Shown here in pieces: positions 52,181 to 62,466 of a stretch of DNA of 64,000 nt (its first letter is position 1; each line of letters opens with the position of its first letter). The DNA comes from a phage. The stretch lies in the NCBI GenBank assembly GCA_032691205.1, contig GCA_032691205.1_4541.1; one strand, written 5' to 3'. A program made the translations under genes and the position numbers. Below the pieces are notes generated by a model. It was not told the origin of the DNA. It saw nothing but the letters and a program-made list of their open reading frames with translations, and made no database searches.

Positions 52181-54811
52181 GTGTCTACACAATTGAGTTT
52201 TACACCTACTGATGAACAATACGCTATTGAAAGCGGGTATAAAGAAAATCGTTTCGTTACAATTCAAGCTAAATCTGGATCAGGTAAAACGTCAACACTG
52301 TATATGTTGGCTAATGGCACAAATGATAGTATTCTATATTTGGCATTTAACAAAAGTATGGCAGAGGAAGCTCGACGTAAAATGCCGCCCAATGTTATGT
52401 GCCGAACGCTACATTCAATCTGTTACCAACGTCTTCCACAAAACCTTCGACACAAATTGTCTCGTCCAGAAGGTCAATATGTTAACGTAGCTGGAACTGG
52501 TAGTGAGATTGCCAAAAAATTCAAGATTCAGAATTTGATTGATAAGAATGGTAAAGTGCTACTGACTCGTGCAATGATCGGGTTAATGGTAAAACAAACT
52601 TTAGCTAAATATGAGTTTTCTGACGATGAACATATTGGACATAAACATTTTCCTAAAGTGCATATGTCAGATCTTAAACGTAAGAACATCAACGAACAAA
52701 AACTTATTAACGAAGTTGTTAAATATGCGAAGCAACTTTGGCGTGAGCGTATTGATCCTAAATCAGAAACCATTATGACTCATGACACCTATGTGAAACT
52801 CTTTGAATTGAGTAAAGAAGATTTAGGATACGATATTATTTTTGGAGATGAATTCCAGGATGTTAACCCTGCATTCCTGTCTATCCTTCGCAATGCTAAA
52901 TCGGCTAAACGTATTGTTGTTGTGGGTGATGAGTTTCAGTGTGTGTCTGAGAACACTTTGCTTAACACTGAACAAGGGAAAGTTTTAATGAAAGATCTTC
53001 AGGTCGGGGATAAAGTAGAGTCTTACTTAAACGGTAAAGTGGTGTTTAAAACAGTCACAAACAAAACTTTATCTACTCGAACAGAAGGCAGAAACATTAT
53101 TACATCCAAAGGGAATACGTTAGACATGACTCACAATCATCGCATATGGGCTTCTTCTTACACTTTAAAAGAAGACCAAATGATTGTTTACCTTATGTGG
53201 AGAAAAGATTTAGGCTTTCGTGTAGGAATTACTAACAAATTCGATGATAAAGAAGGTTTTTCTAAACTGGGGCAACGTACACGTTCTGAAAAAGCACAGA
53301 AATTGTGGGTGTTGGATATTGTTGAAAACCGTGAAGCTGCTATGGAAAAAGAAATGGCATACAGTTTACAATATGGCATTCCTACTTGTGTATTTGAAGC
53401 AAGTTCACGCAGTATTAATCAAGAAAGGGTCAATAACATTTTTGAACAATTCGGACAAAACGGTTTTAAACTTTTAGAGGATAAAGATTATCATTTTGAC
53501 TATCCTCATTGGCACAGTATTAACTCTTCAACAGAGAATCGCAAAATGCTTACTGTCTCACTGCGTGCTCAAGGTAAGAAAGGGACTGAGGTGCACTTTG
53601 AATGGACAGAAGAAGAGATGCAGATTTTCGATACTTTGGTAGAGGCAGGTGTTAAGATAAGTAATGCTAAAAATGCAGGTCGTTTCCGTGTTCGTAAGTA
53701 TTTTGCATCTTATAGTGAAGCTTTAACTTTCGCAGAAGAAATTTTAACTATTATTCCTTTCGCCTCTTTGAAAGAGTCTATGGCATCTGTAGATGGTGTA
53801 AAGTATAACTTAATACCTGCCGCAGGATTGTTTAAAGGAATGTCTGTGCTTGTTAAAAACGGGGATACTGTTGTTGCTGAAGAGATTGTAGAGATTGAAG
53901 ATACTCAAGGTTTCTACTATGATGTAGAGATTGAAGATACTGCAAACTTCTTTGGGAATAACATTTTAAGTCATAATTGTATCTACCAGTTCCGAGGTAG
54001 TTCTAATATGATGGTTGAGACTGCCACATATGGGGTTGAGTTGCCTCTGACAGCTTGTTTTCGCTTTGGTCCTAAAGTTGCGGACATTGCTAATGCGATC
54101 CTTTCTGATCGCTCACCTCTGAAGCATCCGCTGGTAGGGAAAGGTTATGATACTGTCACTGGAAGTTTTCATTCTGATGTGGTAGATTATAGTAAACCTT
54201 ACACCATTATTTTCCGTAAGAATTTGACCCTGTTGCTCGAAGCTATGGATCGAATCGCTAACGGAGAAGAGATTATTATTAACGTAGATACCAAAGATTT
54301 CATTTCTATGGTTGATAGTGTTAATGCTTTACGTAGAGGTGATTTGGACAAAGTTAAGCATGAGACAGTTCTACCTTACACTTCTTGGGAAGAATTTGTA
54401 GAGTGTGCAGAATCAGATCCTGATGCAAAACGACTTTTAAACATCGTTGTTTCTGGTAAAGCTAATAATATTGCATACACTTTACGTATGCACCGTAACT
54501 CTCCAACGGCTAAAGTTACTTTAACTACAGCCCACAAATCAAAAGGTTTGGAATGGGATCAGGTTATTGTTGCAAATGACTTCCCTTCTAATTATGATAA
54601 GAAGGGTGAGTGGGTAGGTCTTGAAGAATCAGAACGAAATCTTCTGTATGTTGCACATACACGTTGTATTAAATGTCTGCAATGGAACCGAACTGTTCAA
54701 GAGATTTTAGACATGCATCGTTTAGGTAAGAGCACGGCTCCTGTATCTGAAGAAGATAAGCTTATAGCTGCCCTTGCTCGTAAGATTAATCAAATCAGAG
54801 AGGATCGTTAA
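52181..54811 (+). CDS. UvrD/Rep-like SF1 helicase interrupted by an intein
   Basis: Walker A SGSGKTST; VVGDEFQ then intein then CIYQFRGSS (motif III); TAHKSKGLEWD; YVAHTRC. Confidence 0.8.
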   Translation: MSTQLSFTPTDEQYAIESGYKENRFVTIQAKSGSGKTSTLYMLANGTNDSILYLAFNKSMAEEARRKMPPNVMCRTLHSICYQRLPQNLRHKLSRPEGQYVNVAGTGSEIAKKFKIQNLIDKNGKVLLTRAMIGLMVKQTLAKYEFSDDEHIGHKHFPKVHMSDLKRKNINEQKLINEVVKYAKQLWRERIDPKSETIMTHDTYVKLFELSKEDLGYDIIFGDEFQDVNPAFLSILRNAKSAKRIVVVGDEFQCVSENTLLNTEQGKVLMKDLQVGDKVESYLNGKVVFKTVTNKTLSTRTEGRNIITSKGNTLDMTHNHRIWASSYTLKEDQMIVYLMWRKDLGFRVGITNKFDDKEGFSKLGQRTRSEKAQKLWVLDIVENREAAMEKEMAYSLQYGIPTCVFEASSRSINQERVNNIFEQFGQNGFKLLEDKDYHFDYPHWHSINSSTENRKMLTVSLRAQGKKGTEVHFEWTEEEMQIFDTLVEAGVKISNAKNAGRFRVRKYFASYSEALTFAEEILTIIPFASLKESMASVDGVKYNLIPAAGLFKGMSVLVKNGDTVVAEEIVEIEDTQGFYYDVEIEDTANFFGNNILSHNCIYQFRGSSNMMVETATYGVELPLTACFRFGPKVADIANAILSDRSPLKHPLVGKGYDTVTGSFHSDVVDYSKPYTIIFRKNLTLLLEAMDRIANGEEIIINVDTKDFISMVDSVNALRRGDLDKVKHETVLPYTSWEEFVECAESDPDAKRLLNIVVSGKANNIAYTLRMHRNSPTAKVTLTTAHKSKGLEWDQVIVANDFPSNYDKKGEWVGLEESERNLLYVAHTRCIKCLQWNRTVQEILDMHRLGKSTAPVSEEDKLIAALARKINQIREDR
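52940..53977 (+). other. intein (346 aa) within helicase motif III, possibly with a homing-endonuclease domain
   Basis: Starts Cys (CVSENTLL), internal TLDMTHNH block, ends ...NNILSHN followed by Cys. Confidence 0.7.
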
Positions 54812-55063
54812 ATGGCAGGGTATCACATAACAGACATTAAGAAACAATCTTACGGAAGCATAGAAAAGATTAAAGAGGAAGTGGAAGAACTTTTCGATGC
54901 TGTTGAACAGGATTGCAAAATAATGCAACTTGTTGAACTATCTGATATTATAGGTGCTGTCGAGGGAGTGTTAGAACAACAGTTCCCAGGTACGACTTTA
55001 CAAGATTTGATCATTATGTCAAACATTACTAAACGTGCGTTTCGCACAGGAGGAAGGTCATGA
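54812..55063 (+). CDS. MazG/HisE-like NTP pyrophosphohydrolase (putative, 83 aa)
   Basis: EE/ExxD-rich helices IEKIKEEVEELFDAVEQD ... VELSDIIGAVEGV. Confidence 0.45.
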   Translation: MAGYHITDIKKQSYGSIEKIKEEVEELFDAVEQDCKIMQLVELSDIIGAVEGVLEQQFPGTTLQDLIIMSNITKRAFRTGGRS

Positions 55064-55617
55064 ACACAGGTGTGATTGCCGAAGCCATCCAGAGTTATGG
55101 ACGCTTTGCTGAAATGTTAGATGTTCCTTATTTAGTGGATGCAGATATTTTGGCATTCACACTGCCACCTGGCAAAGAAGATGCTCCTTTGGGGCATCCT
55201 AATGGGAAGTTTTATGTTGCCAGTGCCGAGCAATCATTCTTGCAAATGGAAAAGGATGGCTACGAGTTTATCGCTGGTCATCCCTACATGGCCCTGACAC
55301 CATGTTACCGCACAGAGGAAGTGTTGGATGATTCTCACTTCAACATCTTCTTGAAGCTGGAGTTGATTGAGTTCTATCCCAGCTTTGGTGAAGTGAAAGA
55401 GTATGCCGAAGAAATGCGATACTTCTTCTGGACCTACTACAAAGTCCAAACAAGAATTGTAGAAACAGAAATAGGGCTTGACGTGGAAGACATGAATGGT
55501 TTAGAATTAGGGTCATTCGGAACAAGATTGTCCCCACAAGGTCATCCATATATTTATGCAACAGCCATAGCCGAACCTCGTGCATCTATGGCAATTAACA
55601 GGAGGAATCATGATTAA
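55060..55617 (+). CDS. hypothetical protein (185 aa)
   Basis: ORF track. Confidence 0.55.
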   Translation: MNTGVIAEAIQSYGRFAEMLDVPYLVDADILAFTLPPGKEDAPLGHPNGKFYVASAEQSFLQMEKDGYEFIAGHPYMALTPCYRTEEVLDDSHFNIFLKLELIEFYPSFGEVKEYAEEMRYFFWTYYKVQTRIVETEIGLDVEDMNGLELGSFGTRLSPQGHPYIYATAIAEPRASMAINRRNHD

Positions 55618-56995
55618 TAAATTTGCCCGTAAACAGGAAGTTGCTGAAGCAGCACGTCGCGCTGGTGTGTATGACAAATTGTGTGAAGGTATTGTGAAGG
55701 TGTATGGCTGGGAGGGAGAAGATGATCCAACCTGTTCAGGTGATTTTGCAATGAACGATATGACCTTCCCATATATTTCCTACAATGCCTCCACTGGTGA
55801 AATAAACGGTGTAACCAGCACCAGTGTTGATCGTTATCCAGACGCAGAACAAACCACAGGAGGTTACATGTTAGATCTGATTCTTAAGAAATCAGGGTTA
55901 TTGGGAATCGAAGACGTTTTCGTAGATGCAGATAGTTTATCATTAGGAGATGTTGTTAAACTACTGGTAGACTTTAGATTTGCAACAGGTAAAAGCTTCT
56001 GGAAGCCAGAAGATGCTGAACGTTTGAAGACAATCGATCCAAGTATGTATGAACTGCCACAATATAAAGATAAACAATTCCGCAAGGTTATCTTCTTTGA
56101 TCGTCAAGCAGGCTTAGATGCAATGCATATTGAAGTTGGGGATTTACCACGCCCACACTCTGCTGCTACTGGTGATCGCGGCCTTGTAGAAGTCACGGCT
56201 CAAGAATTTAAAAATATGTTTGCTGCGAAATACGATGAAGCTGCGCCTGTGCCAAGTATTGAAGAGCAAGAGGAAGAACAGTTTGTAGCGGAAGATACTG
56301 CATTTGAATATCTGCCGAACACAGGTGTTATGCCTTCAGAAGATTTCGTGCAGGTTCGCTTCAACAATGGTCAAACAGATGTTGCTAAGGGAACAGTATT
56401 CACTTGGAATATCGACAATCTGGAAGAGTGGGCGATTAAAGAATACTTCATTCTCCCGCGCACGGCAAAATACAACTATAATAATGGTGGACACCGCCCT
56501 TGTGGTGGTCACGTAGAAGTTCTCTTTCGTGACGGAACTACGGATAGTGGATCGGCTACGCATTTCACTTGGGGTCATGTTGGATATGATCGGGATATTG
56601 TTGGTTGGCTTCCAACTAACAACCCTAAACCACGTTACCGTAAGCCTCGTAAGAAGCCTCCGGTAGGTAAGAAGAGTGTCGTTCGTGTCCTCTACACTAC
56701 GCAACAGACCTACACATTTAAAAATGTGGTAGACGTGCAAGTAACCGAGGAGCGAGTTTATATCCAATATGATCGTGAAGTTACAGAGGGTATCAAAGAA
56801 TCGGTTACTACCGAAATTGAAAATAAGCTTGTTATGGCAATCATTGTGGAAGAAAGTAAAGTAGAGAACGGTAAAGCCTATACTGTTCGTGATAGCTTCT
56901 TGCGTAATATCGATGGAACCTGGGATTACAATGGACACGATGGGACCGCTGTGAAGAACGGTAAGATCATGGGAAGACAATTCCTCTCCAAATGA
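55610..56995 (+). CDS. hypothetical protein (461 aa)
   Basis: Track ORF trimmed to ATG 55610 after AGGAGGAA. Confidence 0.6.
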   Translation: MINKFARKQEVAEAARRAGVYDKLCEGIVKVYGWEGEDDPTCSGDFAMNDMTFPYISYNASTGEINGVTSTSVDRYPDAEQTTGGYMLDLILKKSGLLGIEDVFVDADSLSLGDVVKLLVDFRFATGKSFWKPEDAERLKTIDPSMYELPQYKDKQFRKVIFFDRQAGLDAMHIEVGDLPRPHSAATGDRGLVEVTAQEFKNMFAAKYDEAAPVPSIEEQEEEQFVAEDTAFEYLPNTGVMPSEDFVQVRFNNGQTDVAKGTVFTWNIDNLEEWAIKEYFILPRTAKYNYNNGGHRPCGGHVEVLFRDGTTDSGSATHFTWGHVGYDRDIVGWLPTNNPKPRYRKPRKKPPVGKKSVVRVLYTTQQTYTFKNVVDVQVTEERVYIQYDREVTEGIKESVTTEIENKLVMAIIVEESKVENGKAYTVRDSFLRNIDGTWDYNGHDGTAVKNGKIMGRQFLSK

Positions 56996-57004
56996 TAAAA
57001 CTTA

Positions 57005-57028
57005 AAGGCGCACTTTGCGCCTTTTTTG
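57005..57028 (+). terminator. rho-independent terminator
   Basis: aaggcgcactttgcgcctt hairpin followed by T6. Confidence 0.7.
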
Positions 57029-57098
57029 ATTTCCCTCAAAGCTTTTTTCGGTTGAAAGAGGTAGAATAATAGTTCTACTCACAAAATAAGGATTAATA

Positions 57099-57971
57099 AT
57101 GAAAGATTTGTACCAAGATGTTTTTTCTTTTTTAGATCGCACTTCAGAAACATACACTAGAGAGAATGCAAACAAACCTTCCCACCTTGTTAACACGCAC
57201 AGGGATCTCTTGGCGGGGATTTTAAGCAAACATATGGCAATGACACAGATACTGCCAAAAAACTTGTCAGAGTGGCATACAGAAGGTTTTGGACATATTC
57301 ACGACTTGGATTATCTGCTCTCTCCTCTTACAAACTGTTGTCTTGTTAATTATCAAGATATGTTAGAGAATGGTTTTAAGATCGGTGCTGCACAGATAGA
57401 AAAACCAAAATCTATTGGAGTAGCTACTACAGTGCTAACTCAAATCATCCAAGCTGTTGCCTCCAGTCAGTATGGAGGTCAGACGTGTGCTCACATTGAT
57501 AAAGGTCTTAGTCCTTATGTTGAAGCCAGTTTCCTTAAAAACATGGAGATAACCAAACGTCGCTACGGTTGTTATGCAAGGAAAGAAGCCCTAGAAATGA
57601 CCGAACAAGATGTATATGACGCTATGCAAACTCTCTTGTATCAGGTTAACACTTTAATGAGTGTTAATGGACAATCTCCTTTTATTACAATCAGTATGGG
57701 TCTGGATACCTCTGTTTTTGGCAGAATGATCACAGCTAACTATCTTAAAGTGCATAGTAACGGTCTAGGCAAAGATCATGTAACGCCTGTATTCCCTAAA
57801 GTTATTTTCTTTTTACAAGAAGGTGTTAACATGAAACCTAGTGATCCTAACTACGACCTTAAGCAACAAGCTTTGGCATGTTGTGCTGATCGTATTTATC
57901 CAGATTTTATTTCTGTTCCTTTGAACAAAGAAGTTACGGGATCAGCAGATGGTACCGTTACGAGTATGGGT
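57099..57971 (+). CDS. nrdD: anaerobic ribonucleoside-triphosphate reductase, exon 1
   Basis: NrdD-like N-terminal translation; exon ends at ...VTSMG (codon ggt ending in T) before the in-frame stop. Confidence 0.8.
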
Positions 57972-58740
57972 AAACTATAACTGCTCATGTAAAATCTGCC
58001 TAAACGGGGGAACTCTCAACGAGACAATCCCGTGCTAAACGTAACAGAACTCCCAACACAGAAGAAGGGGGTACTGATATGAGAAAACAAATTCGTGATT
58101 TTGAAGGGTATGAAATTGACGAGCTTGGAAATGTTTATTGTACCAGGTATAAGGATGAAAGAATCCTTCGCTCGTGGGAAGAAATAAACACAGGATACCA
58201 ACTTGTCAGAATACGTAAAAACAAGAAAACTGTTTGCTTTCGGGTGCACAGACTTGTAGCTGAAGCGTTTTTACCCAATCCAGACAATTTACCTTATGTG
58301 AAGCATAAAGGTGACAATAGGAAAGACAACAGTGTATACAATCTTGAGTGGGGATCTTGTCCAGACAACACGCAAGAGGGTTACGATAATAACTGTTATG
58401 CTTTCTATACAAGGTGTCACAGTGTAAAAGCTACTCATAAGGCTACTGGTGAAGTTTTTTACTTTAAAAGTCTGAGATGTTGTGCTGACGCTTTAGGGTT
58501 GGACAGAAAAAGAATATCTGCAATCTTAAAGCGAGGAGCACCAAATAATTATGATTATGAGTTCTGTTACGAAATGCCTAACGACTAGCTGTGATGAATG
58601 TAGCAGCGTAGGGTGTAAGCCTATGACACCCCAAATGGTAGACATGCTTTAAGCATGAAGATATAGTCTGATCTGCATGGTGACATGCAGCAGCACGTAA
58701 TGGTGCGGGAGCGGCCTTGCGAGCCACTTTGAACATAATG
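57972..58740 (+). mobile_element. group I intron in nrdD (boundaries inferred)
   Basis: Splits the conserved ...TSMG/CRSFL... junction; ends in G; contains an HNH endonuclease ORF. Confidence 0.6.
58079..58588 (+). CDS. intron-encoded HNH homing endonuclease
   Basis: YEIDELGNVY (NUMOD4-like) and HRLVAEAF..VKHKGDNRKDN..NLEW (HNH_3-like). Confidence 0.8.
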   Translation: MRKQIRDFEGYEIDELGNVYCTRYKDERILRSWEEINTGYQLVRIRKNKKTVCFRVHRLVAEAFLPNPDNLPYVKHKGDNRKDNSVYNLEWGSCPDNTQEGYDNNCYAFYTRCHSVKATHKATGEVFYFKSLRCCADALGLDRKRISAILKRGAPNNYDYEFCYEMPND

Positions 58741-59682
58741 TGTAGAAGTTTCTTGTCGTACTATGCCACCGAACAAGGAGAAAAATATGATGGACGATTC
58801 AACCTTGGAGTAGTTTCTATCAACTTGCCTCTGATTGCTGCGGAAGCGAGAAGTAAAGGAGAATCTTTCACCGATCTTCTTAATAAACATATGGAGATAG
58901 CCTACGATGCTCACATGTTACGTGTAAACCGTATCAGACATACCAAAGCATCGGAAAACCCTATTCTTTTCATGGAAGGGGCTTTAGCGCGTTTAAATGC
59001 CAACGATGAAATTGGTGCTTTGTTTGAAGGTGGTTATGCTTCTATTAGTATTGGTTATGTAGGTCTTGCCGAAGCTTTGGAAATCCTTTATCCAGAGGAA
59101 AAAGATAAAAAGGAACTAGGTAAAAACATTCTGCAACATATGAAAGATGTGTGTGCTGTGTTTAAAGAACGATCTAAGTTGGCATTTAGTCTTTATGGAA
59201 CTCCAGCAGAATCCTTGTGCTATAAATTTGCAACAGCTTTAAATGAAAAATATCCAGGTCTGGTAGAAAGAGACTATCTTACTAATTCTTTTCATCAACC
59301 TGTAGGGTTGGTAACAAATCCTTTTGAAAAATGGGATTATGAAGCAGGTTTTGCACAGATTAGCAATGGTGGTAACATAAGTTATGTCGAAACACCAAAC
59401 TTAAAGAATAACTTAGAAGCTTTGGAGACTTTAGTAGACTACGCTTATGAACATATTCACTATTTTGGTATTAATCAGCCCGTGGATCAATGCTTTAAGT
59501 GTGGTTTTCATGGAGAATTTAAGGCAACGGCTAAAGGGTTTGAGTGTCCTGATTGTGGCAACCATGAAGAAGAAACTATTTCTGTAGTTAGACGTGTATC
59601 AGGGTATCTTTCTGCCCCTAATTCACGGCCTTATAACAAAGGTAAAATGCAGGAAGTTTTGCAAAGGGAGAAACATCTTTGA
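58741..59682 (+). CDS. nrdD: anaerobic ribonucleoside-triphosphate reductase, exon 2
   Basis: C-terminal Cys cluster CFKCGFHG..CPDCG and glycyl-radical motif RVSGYL. Confidence 0.8.
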   Translation, partial: CRSFLSYYATEQGEKYDGRFNLGVVSINLPLIAAEARSKGESFTDLLNKHMEIAYDAHMLRVNRIRHTKASENPILFMEGALARLNANDEIGALFEGGYASISIGYVGLAEALEILYPEEKDKKELGKNILQHMKDVCAVFKERSKLAFSLYGTPAESLCYKFATALNEKYPGLVERDYLTNSFHQPVGLVTNPFEKWDYEAGFAQISNGGNISYVETPNLKNNLEALETLVDYAYEHIHYFGINQPVDQCFKCGFHGEFKATAKGFECPDCGNHEEETISVVRRVSGYLSAPNSRPYNKGKMQEVLQREKHL

Positions 59683-60149
59683 ATTTTGCAGGATATGAAC
59701 CTGTAGATCTTATTAATGGTGAGGGAGTTAGGTGCTCCCTCTGGGTTAGTGGTTGTAGCCACGGTTGTCGTGGCTGTTTTAACCAGAAAGCCTGGTCTTA
59801 TTCTTATGGGAAACCGTTCACTAACGAAAATGTAGAGCAAGTTTTAAAAGATTTGTCAAGACCATTTGTAAAAGGTTTAACAATTTTAGGAGGAGAACCA
59901 TTAGATCCGCAGAATATTTACAATGTTAAAAACCTTATAGAAAAGGTTAGAGACGTTTATGGGTCAAGCAAAGATATAATGGTGTATACAGGATATACTT
60001 TTGAGGAAGTGCCTTTGTATATTAAAAATCTTGTTGACATTATTGTAGACGGAAAGTATGAAATAAACAATCCAACCACAAAACCTTTCAGAGGGTCAGA
60101 TAATCAAAGATTATGGACCAAAACGGCAAGTGGTTGGCAATCAGATTAA
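59679..60149 (+). CDS. nrdG: anaerobic RNR activating protein (radical SAM)
   Basis: CSLWVSGCSHGCRGC motif; immediately downstream of nrdD. Confidence 0.8.
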   Translation: MNFAGYEPVDLINGEGVRCSLWVSGCSHGCRGCFNQKAWSYSYGKPFTNENVEQVLKDLSRPFVKGLTILGGEPLDPQNIYNVKNLIEKVRDVYGSSKDIMVYTGYTFEEVPLYIKNLVDIIVDGKYEINNPTTKPFRGSDNQRLWTKTASGWQSD

Positions 60150-60162
60150 CTTAGGAGGTTTC

Positions 60163-60354
60163 ATGGTTACATATTTTGCTGTAGGAGATAGAGTAGGGAC
60201 GGCAGGAGAACTTTTGAAGAACAGTGATCGGGACGTTAAGGACATTCTTGCAACCCTTGCGGATATTTTACAAAGAAAAGAGTTGCTTTCTGATCGAGAT
60301 GTTGCTAAATTACTTGATATCGGAGGAGATGAACTTCAAAGACTTCCATTTTAA
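60163..60354 (+). CDS. hypothetical protein (63 aa)
   Basis: Track ORF trimmed to ATG 60163 after AGGAGG. Confidence 0.45.
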   Translation: MVTYFAVGDRVGTAGELLKNSDRDVKDILATLADILQRKELLSDRDVAKLLDIGGDELQRLPF

Positions 60355-60369
60355 GTGAGGAGATAAGTA

Positions 60370-60975
60370 ATGCAACATAGTGTAGTAGTCAATATGCCGA
60401 ATAGTGGGGATAAATCTTTTGGTGTCCCTGCTAAAAAAGTGTGGAAAGCCCATTTTCATCTTACTTTATCTAACGTTAGTTCTGAAGAGTTGATGAAAGC
60501 AGCTAAGATTATTGGTGCCAAATGCACAACAATTGATTTACATCGGGATACAAAGTCTCAACGTGATCGTATGTTAACAAAGTATCAAAGCGATCTCGAC
60601 ACTACTTTAATGTTGCAGTGTGTAGAAAAACTTGAGAATGCAGGTTTCAATGTTGTTCGTTACAAACTGGAACGAATGTTTAAACATGTTGCCTGTGTTC
60701 TTTTCATGGATCTAAGTAAAGAAAATTATGGAGAAGTTCACATTAAGACTTCAGCAAGTGATCCCGAAGTAGAAACAAACTTCTTCCGTATTTCTTCTAA
60801 TGCTGAAGAAATTGATTACCGATTTTATAATGCTCGCTTATATTCCGCAGAAGATAAGTTGCGTTTCAATGAAGCGTATGATATGCTCTTGAACAGTGGG
60901 ATACAGATAAAAGGCTACCACATAGAACAAGTTGTGGTAGACAGTAACTTAAATCTTGATGCGTGGTGGGCCTAG
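60370..60975 (+). CDS. hypothetical protein (201 aa); one HxTx motif
   Basis: RBS GAGGAG; FHLTL resembles a 2H-phosphoesterase motif but no clear second copy. Confidence 0.55.
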   Translation: MQHSVVVNMPNSGDKSFGVPAKKVWKAHFHLTLSNVSSEELMKAAKIIGAKCTTIDLHRDTKSQRDRMLTKYQSDLDTTLMLQCVEKLENAGFNVVRYKLERMFKHVACVLFMDLSKENYGEVHIKTSASDPEVETNFFRISSNAEEIDYRFYNARLYSAEDKLRFNEAYDMLLNSGIQIKGYHIEQVVVDSNLNLDAWWA

Positions 60976-60976
60976 T

Positions 60977-61633
60977 ATGACAATAAAACATATTTCTTTT
61001 GATGTATGGAATACTCTTATTTCTGCCAATCAAAACTATGCAGATGCACGTACGCACACTATTGCTACATATGGTAGAATGTCTGAACGTGCGGCAAAAG
61101 AAGCATATAAAGATGCCAAAGAAATTATGGATAATGCTGCACTAAATGGGTGTGCAGAAGGTGTAGCATATGCATGGAATATGTTGGGAAGAAAGATAGG
61201 TTTAACCCCTGTAGAATCTGCACAAATGCGTTTTGAGTGTGAGCAATGGTTTCTTAAATTTCCTCCACATATCGCTTTAGATTTGCCAGTTTGTTTGCTA
61301 TACTTGTCTGGTAAATATGATCTTAGTATTAAAAGCAATACTAATTTTATATCTGGGGATATTTTGCGTCGTGCTTGTATGTTCGACAGTTGGAATTGTT
61401 TTGAATTTATGCATTTTTCAGACGAACATCTGTTATGTAAACCAGATCCTAGATTCTTTGTTAGGACCGCCACATATTCAAGCATTCCTTTGAAGGCTGA
61501 AGAGATTTTACATGTTGGGGACAGCGAAGAATTTGATGGTAAATGTGTTGACATAGGGATTAACTTCTGTCATATTAAGAACCCTAACGATTTACTAGAG
61601 AAACTTAAAAGAGGAGAAATTGTAAATGCGTAA
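60977..61633 (+). CDS. HAD-like hydrolase with non-canonical motif I
   Basis: FDVWNTL (second Asp replaced by Trp), KPDP, GDS. Confidence 0.55.
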   Translation: MTIKHISFDVWNTLISANQNYADARTHTIATYGRMSERAAKEAYKDAKEIMDNAALNGCAEGVAYAWNMLGRKIGLTPVESAQMRFECEQWFLKFPPHIALDLPVCLLYLSGKYDLSIKSNTNFISGDILRRACMFDSWNCFEFMHFSDEHLLCKPDPRFFVRTATYSSIPLKAEEILHVGDSEEFDGKCVDIGINFCHIKNPNDLLEKLKRGEIVNA

Positions 61634-62453
61634 TCAAACTCAAATTTTTGCAAATAAATTTGATGACCTGGAAACTGCTACTTTTGATATCAAAGACTAT
61701 TCAAAATTGAAATTTGGTTGTAACCAAGCTGCGCGTCGTATGGGTAAAGAATTGGCACTTCAGTTTTTTGCTCAAGTGGCAATGAAACATATTGGGGAAC
61801 AATTTGTTATCATCCCTTCTCCTTATAACCATGTGCACAATGCTGCAACAATGATGACAGATCATTTTATTAATTACTTTAATATGTTGCAAGCACAATA
61901 TGATCAAGGTCGTTCAGCAGAACTGGATATTATTCATCGTAAAGTTAGCTATATCAACGATTATGGTTTCTTGGATAAAGCTAGTCGTAAGAAACTTATT
62001 GATGGGGATACATTCTACTGCAACAAAGAATTCTGGGGTGATAAGAAGCTTGTGTTCATTGATGATGTAAATATCACCGGAACTCATGAAGACAAACTGA
62101 TTGAGATTCTTGATGAAAATCAAGTTAAAAATGATGTTTACTTCTTGTATTTTGCAAAATATGAAGGTAATCAAGCAGATACTGAAGCTAAACTGAATTT
62201 TAACTACATCAATACACCAGAAGCGTTTGTTAAAATGATTAATGAAGAACGTGATGCACAGTGTCTTGTTCGTCCTATTAAGTATCTTATGGGCCAAAAT
62301 CACGAAGACTTCAAAATCATTCTTAGCCAATTGCCACACTACTATGTAGAGCAACTTTTCTTCGGATGTTTGGGAGAAGGTTACAACCGAATTTCAAAGT
62401 ATGCTGAAAACTTTGAATTCTTGGATCGTTACACAAAACAACACATTCTGTAA
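61626..62453 (+). CDS. type I phosphoribosyltransferase-fold protein (putative)
   Basis: KKLVFIDDVNITGTHEDKL resembles the PRPP-binding loop. Confidence 0.55.
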   Translation: MRNQTQIFANKFDDLETATFDIKDYSKLKFGCNQAARRMGKELALQFFAQVAMKHIGEQFVIIPSPYNHVHNAATMMTDHFINYFNMLQAQYDQGRSAELDIIHRKVSYINDYGFLDKASRKKLIDGDTFYCNKEFWGDKKLVFIDDVNITGTHEDKLIEILDENQVKNDVYFLYFAKYEGNQADTEAKLNFNYINTPEAFVKMINEERDAQCLVRPIKYLMGQNHEDFKIILSQLPHYYVEQLFFGCLGEGYNRISKYAENFEFLDRYTKQHIL

Positions 62454-62466
62454 TAAGGAGCTAAAA

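Noticed and set aside
60370-60975. 2H phosphoesterase (LigT-like) assignment for this gene
   Set aside because: Only one HxTx motif (FHLTL) is clear; the second required motif is not canonical, so the product is left as hypothetical.
61626-62453. Assignment as an ADP-ribose pyrophosphokinase or nicotinamide PRTase of a known NAD-reconstitution pathway
   Set aside because: Only the generic PRPP-loop motif is visible and no NAMPT-like partner gene is present in the window; left as a PRTase-fold protein of unknown specificity.
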